Source: Gracilinanus agilis (lineage: Eukaryota). From it: 64,000 nt of DNA. This document shows, piece by piece, positions 10,448-21,400 of this stretch. The stretch's first letter is position 1; every line of letters begins with the position of its first letter. Under the pieces are notes generated by a model, which saw only the letters and a list, made by a program, of their open reading frames with translations, was not told where the DNA came from and did not search any database. A program made the position numbers and the translations under genes. The stretch is from contig NC_058132.1 of the NCBI RefSeq assembly GCF_016433145.1, positions 23,997,168 to 24,061,167 of the forward strand, written 5' to 3'.

Positions 10448-13169
10448 CTGAAGTGGGAGCCCCAGGTGAGAGAGACAAGAGTGGGAAGAGATGTCACACT
10501 CGGGCGGCTCCAGGCCAGTCCCTCCGCCGAGGCTCCCCCCCCACCGCGCCACCCGCCCCATATCCCCCACCAGCCGCCTGCCCCTCTCTCCTTTCCTTGA
10601 AGACCGGGGCCAGCGGCCACACCTTTTGCTCTCTTTGTGTTCGTGGTTCGATCGGTTTTCAGGACAGGTGCAAGAACCTTTGGTCGAGGAGGGAGAAGAA
10701 GGTGGAGTTACGGAGGGGGCGGAGGCGCCCTCGGCCACCCCACCCCCACAGCCCTCCCTGCCAACCACACACACACTCACACAGACGCTCCTCCAGCGTG
10801 TAGATGTCGTCTTGCTGCGGACAGAGCGGGAAACTGGGGCTCAGGGGCCCATCGCCCCCGCCTCAACCCCTCCCGCCCCCCAGATCCCCGCGCTGGACAG
10901 CTCAGCCGAAGGCTCCCTACGCCCCGCCCACCAACAAGAAAGTCACCGCCCCTTCATTTGCATAACCCCCCTCCAAGCCCGGCCTCTTCTTGGTCCCGTT
11001 CCTCCTTTCTCACCAGAGATTCGTGCCGCTCCTTCAGCTTCAGAATTTTCTTTTTTATCTTGTCATTGTCCCTGTGGGGACAGGGCGGGGGGCAGACAAG
11101 TGGGGGAGGGGCCCGGGCTGGGGCACACCCTCCTCTCCTCCTCCTCCTCCTCTCTAACTCAACTTCTTCTCCGGGACCACCGCCCCCCTCCCTCAGCTCG
11201 GGCTCTTCCTCGCTTGAACTCCCCAGTTCTGCTCGGCCTTCGGGGGGTGCAGAAGAAGGGCAGGCCTCAAGGAATACCCCCTCCCCTTTCTGTCGCAAAC
11301 TGAGTTGGACGCCCCCCCTCCCCACCTCGCCTCCCGTCCGGAAACCCGCCGCCCCACTGGAAAACTCATCTCGCCCTTAAGAAGCGGAGAGCGGGCGTGG
11401 GAGGGGGCGGGGATCCCTCCTCCCCCAGCCTCCGTCAGCTCCGCTGTCTTCTCCCTCCGAGGGCTTGGGGCTAGACTTGGGTTTGGGGGTGCTCACCTGA
11501 GCAGTACCTCTTCCGTGGATCTCAGGACTGGGATTAGGTGAAGAGAATGGCATTAGCGAGCTGGAGCCTGCCCCCCGCCTACCTGCTGCCCTCCTCTCCC
11601 CCGCTAGGTGGTACTTTATAAAAGGCTTTGGCTCGGAGGGGCTGAATGTTAACACTTTCCAACAAGTCTTAGAACCTAAAGCAGAATGATCGTCAGAACT
11701 GGGAGCGACCTTAGAGCACGAGAGAGCCCTGAATGGCAGAACCGGGGGGAGGCTCTGCCATTCAGTCCTCTGGGGGAGTCTGAAAGCTTAAGAGGAAGGG
11801 GACTCGGTCCCAGGTCACATGGGTTGAGAGGCTAGAGATGAGGGCTTGTGTCCTGCGGGGAGGGCGGGGAGGTCAATTGAACCCAAACAGCTCCAAACAA
11901 AGGTGGCAACAGGGGATGAGACCAGGGGAGCAGGTTGGCTCACCATCATTCTCCTCTTGCAACTTCTCATTCTGGGAGGTCGATGGATCCAGGACCGGAA
12001 GGGATAAGAGAGGGGGGCATGAGACCTTGTTTTCTTGCCTCTCTTCTCTGCCCTGTGGTCCCCTTAGGTGACCTGAACTGGACTTAATCTCTGCTCTTAA
12101 CCCTAACCTCAGTTTACCAGAACCCCTAAAATCTGCTATTACAATCTAAATATGATTATAATTTCCAGGAGAGTTAGACACTCATGTAGCTAGAGGACAG
12201 GAAGTCCTGGGTTCCAATCTGGCCATTGACACTTCCTAGCTGTGTGACCCTGGGCAAGTCACTTAATCCGAATTATCTTACTGCTCTTCTCCCTGGAACT
12301 GATACACAGCACTGATTCTAAGATGGAAGGTAAGGGTTAAAAAAAAACAAAAAAGGATGCTGATCTCATTCTAACTTTAAGTCTAACCCAAGACCCTATT
12401 GATATCACTAACCCTAACCACGTCTGTGAGTTTCTTAAGGCATCCTTCACTCCTACTTTCAGCCCCAATCCTAGCCCCAGCCTAGCCCCCATAACCCTAA
12501 CCCTAGCTTGTCTTCGAAGGGACTCTGACATCTCTGGACTTGCACTTACTACTCTCTACCCCCAAAACACCTTTGTCTCGAACCTGCAGAACCTGCTTGA
12601 TTGTCTGCCCAGTCTCTAACCTTCCCCCAGTTTGCCAGCTTCAAATCCTAATTGAGACTCCTAATATTTAATCCTCATCCTGACCTTAACCGAGGAAGGG
12701 ATCTCCTGGTTAAGGGGACTCTACTGTAGCACGACAAGGGAGGTAGCTTGTGGAGTGGCCGGTAGCCAGGGCTGGCTGTGGGGGGAAGCCCCTGCTAAAT
12801 GGTGTGTGAAGCTTCCCTCCCTCTCCATCCCACCCCCAGTGTCCCCCAGGGCCAGGCCCATGAACCCACCAGTTTTTTCAGGTTAGCATTGGCTGCCTGT
12901 AGACACTTGATCTTCTCCATCTGTGGAGGGAACGGCTGGGAGGCTCTAGGGCTTGGGTTCCTTTCCCCTCAGGTGCAGGACCCTCCCCAAACACCTGTTC
13001 CCCTGGGACCCTGTACCCCACTCCCACCTCCCCCTCTTTCTTTCCCTCCCAAGGGTCTGGGTCCTTCCTGGGTCAGAATGGAGATGGGGTTCGGGGAGAG
13101 GAGCAGTAGCCTCACCAGTGCACAGTTTCTCCTCTCTAGAGACACGGATTGAGTCCCTCGGGCAGCCAT
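10417..13169 (-). CDS. Unrecognised multi-micro-exon gene encoding a 113-aa leucine-zipper protein: MAARGTQSVSLERRNCALMEKIKCLQAANANLKKLNEKLQEENDVLRSTEEVLLRDNDKIKKKILKLKERHESLQDDIYTLEERLCSCTCPENRSNHEHKESKRAANTGRRLP
   Basis: Coding exons 13169-13116, 12920-12870, 11971-11944, 11527-11497, 11071-11014, 10814-10781, 10677-10623 and 10447-10417 (54+51+28+31+58+34+55+31=342 nt). All introns are GT-AG, phases match (0,0,1,2,0,1,2), there is no internal stop, and the heptad register is kept across junctions. Confidence 0.85.
10623..10677 (-). CDS. Zipper gene exon 8 (CSCTCPENRSNHEHKESKR)
   Basis: Pyrimidine tract ccttcttctccctcctcgaccaaag, donor AAG|gtgtgg (weaker); 55 nt, phases 1-2 fit both neighbours. 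Confidence 0.7.
10781..10814 (-). CDS. Zipper gene exon 7 (QDDIYTLEERL)
   Basis: Acceptor tttcccgctctgtccgcag, donor TGT|gtgagt; 34 nt. Confidence 0.87.
11014..11071 (-). CDS. Zipper gene exon 6 (DNDKIKKKILKLKERHESL)
   Basis: Acceptor ccgccctgtccccacag, donor CTG|gtgaga; 58 nt. Confidence 0.87.
11497..11527 (-). CDS. Zipper gene exon 5 (VLRSTEEVLLR)
   Basis: Acceptor ctcttcacctaatcccag, donor CAG|gtgagc; 31 nt. Confidence 0.85.
11944..11971 (-). CDS. Zipper gene exon 4 (NEKLQEEND)
   Basis: Long pyrimidine tract ending cctcccag, donor ATG|gtgagc; 28 nt. Confidence 0.85.
12870..12920 (-). CDS. Zipper gene exon 3 (MEKIKCLQAANANLKKL)
   Basis: Acceptor ccgttccctccacag, donor CTG|gtgggt; 51 nt, phase 0-0. 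Confidence 0.85.
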
Positions 13170-13174
13170 GCGAG
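13116..13174 (-). CDS. Zipper gene exon 2 (ATG at 13169; MAARGTQSVSLERRNCAL)
   Basis: Acceptor atttttgtccctccccag, donor CTG|gtgagg. In-frame TAG upstream once joined to the donor at 13286. Confidence 0.8.
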
Positions 13175-13280
13175 CTGGGGAGGGACAAAAATGGCTCAAG
13201 AGGCTGCAGAGGATGGGCTCTAACCTATGACTCTACTCCCCTTAATATATCCCGTGTATCCTTTCCATCCCCCTCTGAGC

Positions 13281-13420
13281 CTCACCAGCCTTGGACTAGG
13301 GGAAAGGGGGTGGGGGTCACTAACTATCCTCTCCAGAGTCTGGACCCCTCCCACCAGGCCCCGCCCAGGCAGGAGGCCTCCCCACTTTGTGTTGTCACAT
13401 AATGGCTGTGAGGTCATAAG
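13281..13420 (-). promoter_or_regulatory. Putative promoter and non-coding exon 1 of the zipper gene
   Basis: Donor CTG|gtgagg at 13286/13285, GC box ggccccgccc at 13357-13366, CRE-like TGAGGTCA at 13409-13416. Confidence 0.55.
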
Positions 13421-13559
13421 GAGATTTCCTGGTTGTGGAGGAAAGGAGATGGAAGAGACAGGCTGGATCTGGGGCTTTGAGGCTTGTGTAGTGGGGTGTA
13501 TCAAAGTCCCTGTCATGGTCCATAAAAAGGAAAGTATGTCAGGAAGAGTTAGGTACACA

Positions 13560-14130
13560 CGTGCAGACTCAAAGAAACAGAGACTCGGGGAGATATGGAA
13601 GACTGAGGAACAAAAAAGAGGAAAGGAGAAACAAAGGGAGAGGACACAGAGACAGAGGAGGAAGACTGAGGCACAGAGAGGGCACAGGGACAAGAAAAAG
13701 GAAACAGAGGGACAGAGAGGAGGGAGATGGAGCAACAAAAGAAAAGGACATTGAGGAGGGAGACTGAGGGACACAGAAGGCACAGGGACAGGAGGGGACC
13801 CTGAGGAGGGAAACAGAGGCACAGAGAAAGAGTTCAGGGACAGGACGGGACATGGAGGGAAACAGAGGAGCAATAGAGAGAAGGATATTGAGGAGGGAGA
13901 CTGAAGGACAGAGACAGCACAGTAGGACAGAGAGGAACACCATCCAGGGATGGAGGTGACATTAAGGGATAGTGAGGGATAAAGAAGACAGAGATTGAAG
14001 GACAAATAGGGGATACTGAGGGAGAGAAAAGAGAGAGATTTGAGGGATAGAGTGGAGACACTAAGGAAGAGAGGGACAAGACCAAGGGGGACAACCAGCA
14101 ACAGAGGGACCAAGGAGGGATTTGATAGGA
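13560..14130. repeat. Purine-rich low-complexity block (GGGACAGAG/GAGGAGGGAGACTGA-like units) just upstream of the zipper-gene promoter
   Basis: Strong strand asymmetry; explains the spurious long ORFs at 13220-14161. Confidence 0.75.
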
Positions 14131-16475
14131 AGACTAAAGACCAGAACTTAAACTTCTTCATCCTTTGTAGCTGGCACTATCCCATGTCTATATGGCACTT
14201 AAAGGTTGGCAAAGTGTTTTACAGATATTTATCTCATTTGATCTTTACGACAACCATGGGAAGGAGTGGCAGTTATTCCCATTTTCAGATGAAATCTGGT
14301 CTACTCTCCTTGAGTTCTCCTATCTCTGCCTTTATCCCTGCATCTTCCTGCCCTTCTCTCCCAATGACCTTAAGTGAGCATGCCTGCCTCTCTGGGCCTG
14401 TCTATCCAGTGTCCCTGATCTCTGTCTTCTCTGGGCTTTTTGTTTCATCATCTTTCTGCCTCTTTGGTCCTTTAGGCTCTCAGCTTCTGTCTCTTTTATC
14501 TCTCTCCTCCATTCTCTTTGATTTCCCTATCCCTTTGGGGCCATGTTTCTGGGGCCTCTTTGTTTTTCTGGGTATCCATAGATCTCTTCCTGGATGATCA
14601 GGGTCTCCTTTCCTAGACCAGTCAATCAGGGCTCCGATCATCATCTTCCCCTCTGTCATCTCATTTCAACCTTGATGGATCTTGGCTGGTAGTTTTCTAC
14701 TTCCTACTTAAATCCTGGGTCTTCTTTTTTTTTTTTTTTTCCATCCAGGCACTCCCCATAATATCCCTTATAGAAATGTCATAGATCCCTGAAGTCCAGT
14801 GCCCTCATTTTACAGATGAGGAAACTGAAGCCCATACAGGGGAAGGGGCACGACAGGCATCACACAGTGAGTAGATTCAAGACTTGTACTTGAGTCCTTG
14901 GACTTTCCATCATATCAGGCTGTTTTCTCCCTTCTTAGCCAGGAAGCACCTTCCTAGGCTGGAGTGCATGAGGGAGACCACCACATGGATCCATTTGGTT
15001 TTTCCTCCACCCCTGCCCCCTGCCTCAGCCCCCAAACCAACAACCACCCTTCTTTCTTCCCTCCTGTCCCCTCCATCCCAACACCCAATTCTGTTTAGTC
15101 CCTTTTGATTTAAAAAAATAATAAACAAACCACACAGACCACCAAGATATCCCCTCCAGAAAATCCTCCTAACCTGGGTAGGTGGAAATGGAAGAAATTA
15201 ACCCCATCTCCCACTCTTTGCCTTGATCATCCCCTTAGGACCCTTTTGAAGGTGTTTGTAGGACCAGGGGTGGGAAGAGAATTCCAGGGACACTTCCATG
15301 AATGGAACCCACATCTCTTATGGAGGAGAGGGAGAGAGGGCATAATGTTCGATGGTGATGATGGAGATGTTGGTAGTTTATCTTACCTTTCCTCACTCCT
15401 CCTGTCTGTCTGTCTGACCTAATGTCTGAGCAGATCTCTCCTACACTGTTCTATCTACATTTCTTCCAATTCCATTTTGTCTTTGTCTCCAGTCTCCATC
15501 TCTTTCCTGTCTCTTTCTCTTTGCACCTTGGTCTTTATGGAATTGTAGACTCTAGACCTGGAAGGGATCCAGCAACCTTGTTTTTTCAGATGGTTTTTCA
15601 GCCAAGAGATGTTAAGAGATTTAACCTTTCCCAGTTTTTTTGCCTTTCATTGTCTCAACAGATTATGATTTTGTTTTTGAGCCTAGAAGCCTTTAGGGAC
15701 TATCTAGTTCAATCTTTTCATTTTACAAAATGGGAAACTGAGGTCTGGAGAAGAAGAAGCCACTGGCCAAATGTTCCACAGTGACTCAGAAGGCAGTCAG
15801 GCTGAGGCTCAAGGCTCTCTCATTCCAGGATGACTGATGCTCCATCTGTCTTTCCTACTTTGATCTTTCCTCCTCTGGACATCTGTCCCAGTGTCTCCCT
15901 CTTCCCACTCGGTCCCTCATCTCTTTCATGTTTCAGACCCACTGGCAGGACCTTCTGTGCCTTTCCACCTCTGTCCCTTTGATGCGTGTCTACACCTGTT
16001 TGTTTCTATATATTGGGATCCTTCTCTGCCTGCGTGTCTGTCACTTGGTGTGTTCCTAATAGGACATCTCTCTGGTTTCGTCCGGGGGACTCAGTTGGGG
16101 TGCGGGGAGCGTGTGGTTCTGATCGCCTCCCGTTGCTGCGGTACCCTCTCTCTCCCTGCCCCTTCTTGGGCTTTGCCCAGAGACCCTGTTGGAATGAGGT
16201 CTTCCTCGACCCCAGCCCCATGCCCAGGGCCCCAGGCGGGGGTGTCCACCTCCCACCCAGACCCCTTTGCCCTCAGTTCCCCCAGGATCCCTGGAGGAGC
16301 TTGCCCGGTCCAGATCCCTAGGGATCCCCCAGCTCCCCCCTGGAGTTCTCCCTCCCCTCCTCCCCAGGGTTCAGGGGTGGTGAGGGGAGTGAGGGGGAAT
16401 GGGTTAAGAGAGGTGCGCGTGTCGTGGGATGGAAAGCAAAGAACACAGCGTTAGACACGAATGTAGAGATGGACG

Positions 16476-16481
16476 TTTATA
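16476..16481 (-). terminator. Candidate distal NOVA2 poly(A) signal (variant TATAAA)
   Basis: Preceded by a U-run and followed by GU-rich gtgtctaacgctgtgttctttgc. Implies a 3' UTR of about 6.9 kb. Confidence 0.45.
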
Positions 16482-16792
16482 ACGGCAAAAAAAGGGTGAG
16501 TCACTGGGGGAAGGGAGGCATGTGGGGGGAGGGGGACTCAGAGAGGGAGGAGGGTCATGGAGCTAATACACAGAGCGCTATCCACACAACGGACACTGGG
16601 CAGTGGGGGGAGGGGGAGGGAGAGAGGGGCCACGGCCCAGGCATGGCAATGGGGGAGTGTTGAGTGGGGAAGTGGCGGCGAACCAAGGTCCAGACAGCGG
16701 GCGGCGGCTTGGGCGAGGGACGAGACCAGTAAGAGGAGGGGAGGGGAGAGAGAGAGAGAAGAGATGAGAGGAAGTGGGAGGAGGGAGGAGAG

Positions 16793-16796
<4 letters not shown>

Positions 16797-16850
<54 letters not shown>

Positions 16851-16862
16851 CAGAGACAGAGA
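16797..16862. repeat. (GA)n microsatellite
   Basis: Directly visible. Confidence 0.95.
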
Positions 16863-18421
16863 GAGTTTGGATGGAGGGATTGGAGGCATACCATGGGATG
16901 GGGAGATGGGGGTGGGGGGGTGGGCAACTTGGCCCCTGACCTCGGACCCCAGATCCCTCCTCCCCCTAACCAGGGCATCCTCCAGAGAGGTCTCCCCAAA
17001 CCAGCTATGCTGGAAGATGGCATCAGTTGCCATGGAAGGGATATAGTAGACCACCAACCTCCCCCTCCTAGAAGGGGGTGGATGGGATACTCCCAAACCT
17101 CTCCCAAAGAATCCCAGAATCTTAGGGTTATAGATTCTTTGACTCTTTGACCCTAGTATTCTCAGAACCAGAGAACCTTAGAACCTAGAATGTTAGCGCT
17201 GGAAAGGCCCTTAGAGACCATTTAGTCAACACGCTCGTTTTACAGATGGGGAAGTTGAGACCCTGAGGCCTGAGAACAGGATTTAGAATCCACATCAACC
17301 CCCTCCATCTTTAATACTGTTGTTTTGGGATCCTATGAAACAGGGACCCAAGAGTGTGTGTGTGTATGGGAGGGGGACAGGGTGTAACTAGGAGCTGGGG
17401 GACCTGCCCCCCCCAAAAACAACCAGCATGGTATTGCTGCCTCAAGTTGGCTGAGATGCCAAACACAGGAAAAAAATGATTACCCATCCCCCTGGCTCAT
17501 TCCCAGTACAAAAGAGATTATTTACAATGGAGGGATGGGGAGGAGAGGGAGGGAGGGAAAGGCTCAGGAGTAGGAGTGGAGGGGGGTCTTGAAGAGGCAC
17601 CCCCACCTCCTCCTCCCACTGATGACAAGTCTTCAAACATAGAAATTCAGCCAGTTTTTATATATAGATATTTATATAGAATCTCTTGGAGGGGGGAAGG
17701 GGGCTTGCCCTGGGCTGGGGGAGGAGATGGAGGACCAAGTGCTGCCATCCCAGGTTCTCCCCACTCCTCCCTGTCCCTCTTCCCACCCCTGACACACAGC
17801 TTTCTGTGGGATGGACAACAGAGAGGGTTAAAAAAGTTCAATGAGAGGTCAGAGGAAAAGGATTCGACAGCCTGAAGATGAGCCTGCAGTTCCAAGTGGC
17901 TTGGAGGAGGTGGGCGGTGGGTGATGGAGTCCTCGGTGGTGATGGAACCACTTGGAGGAGGGAATGAACGGTTGGTGGTGTGGGGGAGAGGAGGGGAGAG
18001 AAGGTGGGAAAGAGAAGGGGGAGGTTAAAGGGTCCCCCCCAAGGACTCCAGGAAAAGATGCTATCCTGAATTGGGGGGGGAGCATTGAGGAAAGGGTTAA
18101 AAGCCATGAACTCCCCTCCTCCCTAGCACCTCCAAAAGCTTGTGAGGCACCTCTCTCCTCCAAAGTGGGCTTAGCTTTCACAACAGCCCACCTTGGCGGT
18201 GTCCCAAGAACCAGATATGGGCACAAAACAACCCAGCACCTGTCATGGTGCCCTACATGTAATAGGTACTTGATGCCCGATCAATTGGTGAACTCCCTTT
18301 TGGTATGGTTATAGCTAGGCTCAGTAGCATGCCAGCAGGCACATAATATTGCCAACAGTCCTCAGGATTTCGTGTACCTCTGCTCCAAAGCTCAAGACCC
18401 TCTTCTACCCCACACTCTCCA

Positions 18422-18422
<1 letters not shown>

Positions 18423-18462
<40 letters not shown>
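18423..18462. repeat. (CA)n microsatellite
   Basis: Directly visible. Confidence 0.95.
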
Positions 18463-18464
<2 letters not shown>

Positions 18465-21400
18465 ACCCATAAGAGATAGGAGAGAACAGGGAGGAGACAT
18501 AGAAGGACTTGAGGGAAACGACTTCAGAGGATTACAGAATGTCAGCGCTGGAAGGGCCTTTGGATAACGGCAAGTCCAAGTCCCCCATTTTACAGATGAG
18601 AAAGCTGAGGCTCAGAGAGGGGGAAACAATGTGCCCCAGAGCACAAAGTCACTGTGAATGTCAGAGCTGGAAAGGACTAGAGGCCACTGAATCCCCACCC
18701 CTTCATTTAACAGATAGGGAAACTGAGGCCCAGAGATCATCAGATGGGGATTGCCCAAGATCACATATCCAGCTGGTAGCAGAGACACACCATCCCAGTC
18801 CCCACCACCTTATAAGCTGATTTCCTCCCTAGCCAAGAGGTAAGGTCTCCATTACCTCTAATCCTCTCCCCACTAGTCTAGGGAAAGGGAGGTAGAGGAT
18901 GGGATGAGTATCTCCTCATCTAATGGGAGGAGATGGCTGGGGGCAGAGAAGTCTGCTACTTCACAACCTCCCCCTTATTGCAGTAGCAGCCCCCACCCCT
19001 AGCCTGGGGGCTGGGAATGTGAAGGGGCTGGGGGAGGGGGAAAGAAGGTGCTGGGACAGGCTGGCTCAGAGTCCCACCCCCCCAGAGGGAGACAAGGAGA
19101 TGAATTTGGCACATGTAACTTCTCTCTCTCTGAAGTACTTAGAAATTTGTGTCTGGCCTCTATCCTATCTACCAGGAAGAGAGGCGAAGGTTCCTCCCTC
19201 TCCCTGAAATTCCTTACGAACCCAGGGAGAAAAGGGTAGGGGGTTTTAGCCCCAGACTTCTTGGCCATGGGGGGAGGAGCGAGGGGGCTAGTGTTAGGAG
19301 TCTCGGGGACTGAGGGGGGAAATTTTTCTTTTTTTCTTTTCTTACAAAGCTCTTAAGAAAAGTCTGGTGGAAAGAACATGGGAATCCACGTAACGGGATC
19401 CTGGGTGGTTCAAGGACCAAAGACTTGAGGGGGGAGACAGCTCTGGCTATCCCCTGCTCCCTCCCACATGGGACTAGCACTCCCTGACAACAGCTTCTCC
19501 CCTAGAAAATTTGGCACTTTATGAAAACGATCAGGGAATCATGGAGACACAGAGCAACCTAGACAGAGACATGGAGAGGAGTAAGAGACACAGGAGGTGG
19601 GGAGGAGGGGAGGACTGTTCTGAGAGGGACAGAGACAGCCAGCCAGACCCAGGCTGTGACCCTCACATACACACACACAGGTAAAAAGAAACAGGGAGAC
19701 AGACCCTCAGACACGGGGGACAGACAGACAAGGAGACAGAGACTTGCAGGGGAGAGACACAAGGGTGAAATGAGAGAGACAAGACAGAGGGAGATCTAGC
19801 GAAGAGCAGAGGATAGAAATACAGAGAGGGTAAGAGATGTTCTGGAAGTGGAGAGAGGGATTGTAGAGGCAAGATGAGAAGTCAGGGGAGTAGGAAGAAA
19901 CTGCTAGAACAGGGAGGGCACTAGCCTTTGGCCAGTGCTTTAACCCTCAGGAGGGAAGCTTTGGAATCTCCATCAGAGCGTTCCAAGGATCTGTTACTGC
20001 CTGCCTCCCTCCAATCCCCACTTGCCAGGAAGACACACTGTCAGGGGGAAAGGCGGTGAGGCAGGAGTAGGGGACCCTGGAGAATCAGACATGAGAAAAT
20101 AAAGAGATGATAAAAAAGGGGGTGATGGGGGCACTTGGGAAAATGGGTTAAAAGAAGAACGTTAAGGTCCAAGTGGACTCCAAATGGTTGTGGAACTGGC
20201 AAAGGATCCCATGATGGGGAGGGGAAGGGGGTTAGGGGTATCTTCCTTGGCTTCAGTTAACTGTTGCCCCCTGGGGTTGGGGGACGGGTAGGGGGGCGGG
20301 GAGAAGGATTGTAAGAGCTGTGGGGAGTAGATTAAACATCTGTGGCTCAAGGGGACCCCGATTATGTCTTTAGCAATCATCTAGGCTCTGTCTACTTCCC
20401 CCTCCCCACCCCTAGCCTCTGCCCCAGGAAACACTGTAGCAAAAGGACTGAGGTCAGAACTGCAGAAGGGGCTTCTGGAGAGGAGACCACAGGCATGGGG
20501 ACAGGAAACAGCAGGAAGGGTGGGGTGGGGGCACCGTGCACAGGTGTATCCCCTTCCCATTCTCTCCTCTCTTTCCTCCTACTTTTCCACCCTGCAGGAA
20601 GCGGAAAGGGGGATGGGGATGAGAGAAGGGGAGCCTAGGTTTTCGAGCCACTCAGGACCTTCCCAAGCATCTCTACTCCCTGCCCCTCACCCACACACAC
20701 CAATTTTACAGAGAAGAAAACTGAGGCCTGGACAAATGAAGGGACTTGCCATAGTAAGTCAGGCCTAGAGCTCGGATTTCAACCAGGGTACTCTGTCTCC
20801 TTCCACAGAGTGCACCTCAGGGAGGTAGTGGATTCAAGAGAAGAAGCCAGGTGTGTGTCGTGGGGGTGGGTGGGGGGACTAAAGAGCAGGGAAGGAGGCT
20901 GTCTCTGAAGAGACATAGCCCCATGAAGGGCTGCCACTGGACCAGCACATTACAGGGGCAGTGAGCTTGGCCGTGCATGCAAATGATATGCAAATCAGCT
21001 CGGGCACCCTGGGAGGTCCCATCCTTCCCAAATCCAAAATACAGAATACTGCATTCTCAGGGGATGGGAACCCCCCTTCCCTCCCCCCTCCCCCCAAGCC
21101 GCAGGATATATATGTATATATCCTTTGTATATATAAATATACAAAGATTGGAAGAGAATTCTTTTGGCACATCTAGACCACCCTCCCTTGGAAGGAAGGG
21201 TGTAATCAGGGTCCAAGGAGTTGGTGGGGGCCAGGGTTCAGAAGGAGACAGGCTCTCCCCCCCTTCCCTGACTAGAGTCTGCGGGGAGGGTATAGAAAAA
21301 GCCACTTGGCCACCCGAGCTCCTGCCAGCATCTGGTGACCCAGTGGGGGACGTGAGCAGACAAGGTGGGAGACAAGGTCAGTGCGAGTTACCGCTATTGC

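Larger units (their letters stand above)
9900..11800. promoter_or_regulatory. CpG-island-like GC-rich region over the 3' half of the zipper gene
   Basis: Visibly CpG-rich compared with the flanks; several GC boxes; octamer ATTTGCAT at 10956-10963. Boundaries approximate. Confidence 0.65.

Noticed and set aside
10491-11380. Plus-strand ORFs of 270 and 247 aa in the CpG island
   Set aside because: GC-rich shadow ORFs antisense to the spliced zipper gene; no domain signal.
11553-11622. Palindromic TTTATAAA plus ATG as an internal promoter for the zipper gene
   Set aside because: That ATG is out of frame with exon 6 and stops after about 21 codons. A better acceptor at 11528 explains exon 5.
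12550-12583. Possible 34-nt extra exon in zipper intron 3
   Set aside because: Poor pyrimidine tract; it would break the heptad register and cause an immediate stop.
13220-14161. 313-aa Leu/Ser-rich ORF
   Set aside because: Translation of a purine/pyrimidine low-complexity block.
15380-15430. Strong minus-strand donor AAG|GTAAGA as an upstream exon
   Set aside because: No convincing acceptor or promoter; insufficient support.
16538-17150. ORFs of 172-197 aa
   Set aside because: Produced by the (GA)n microsatellite and G-rich UTR sequence.
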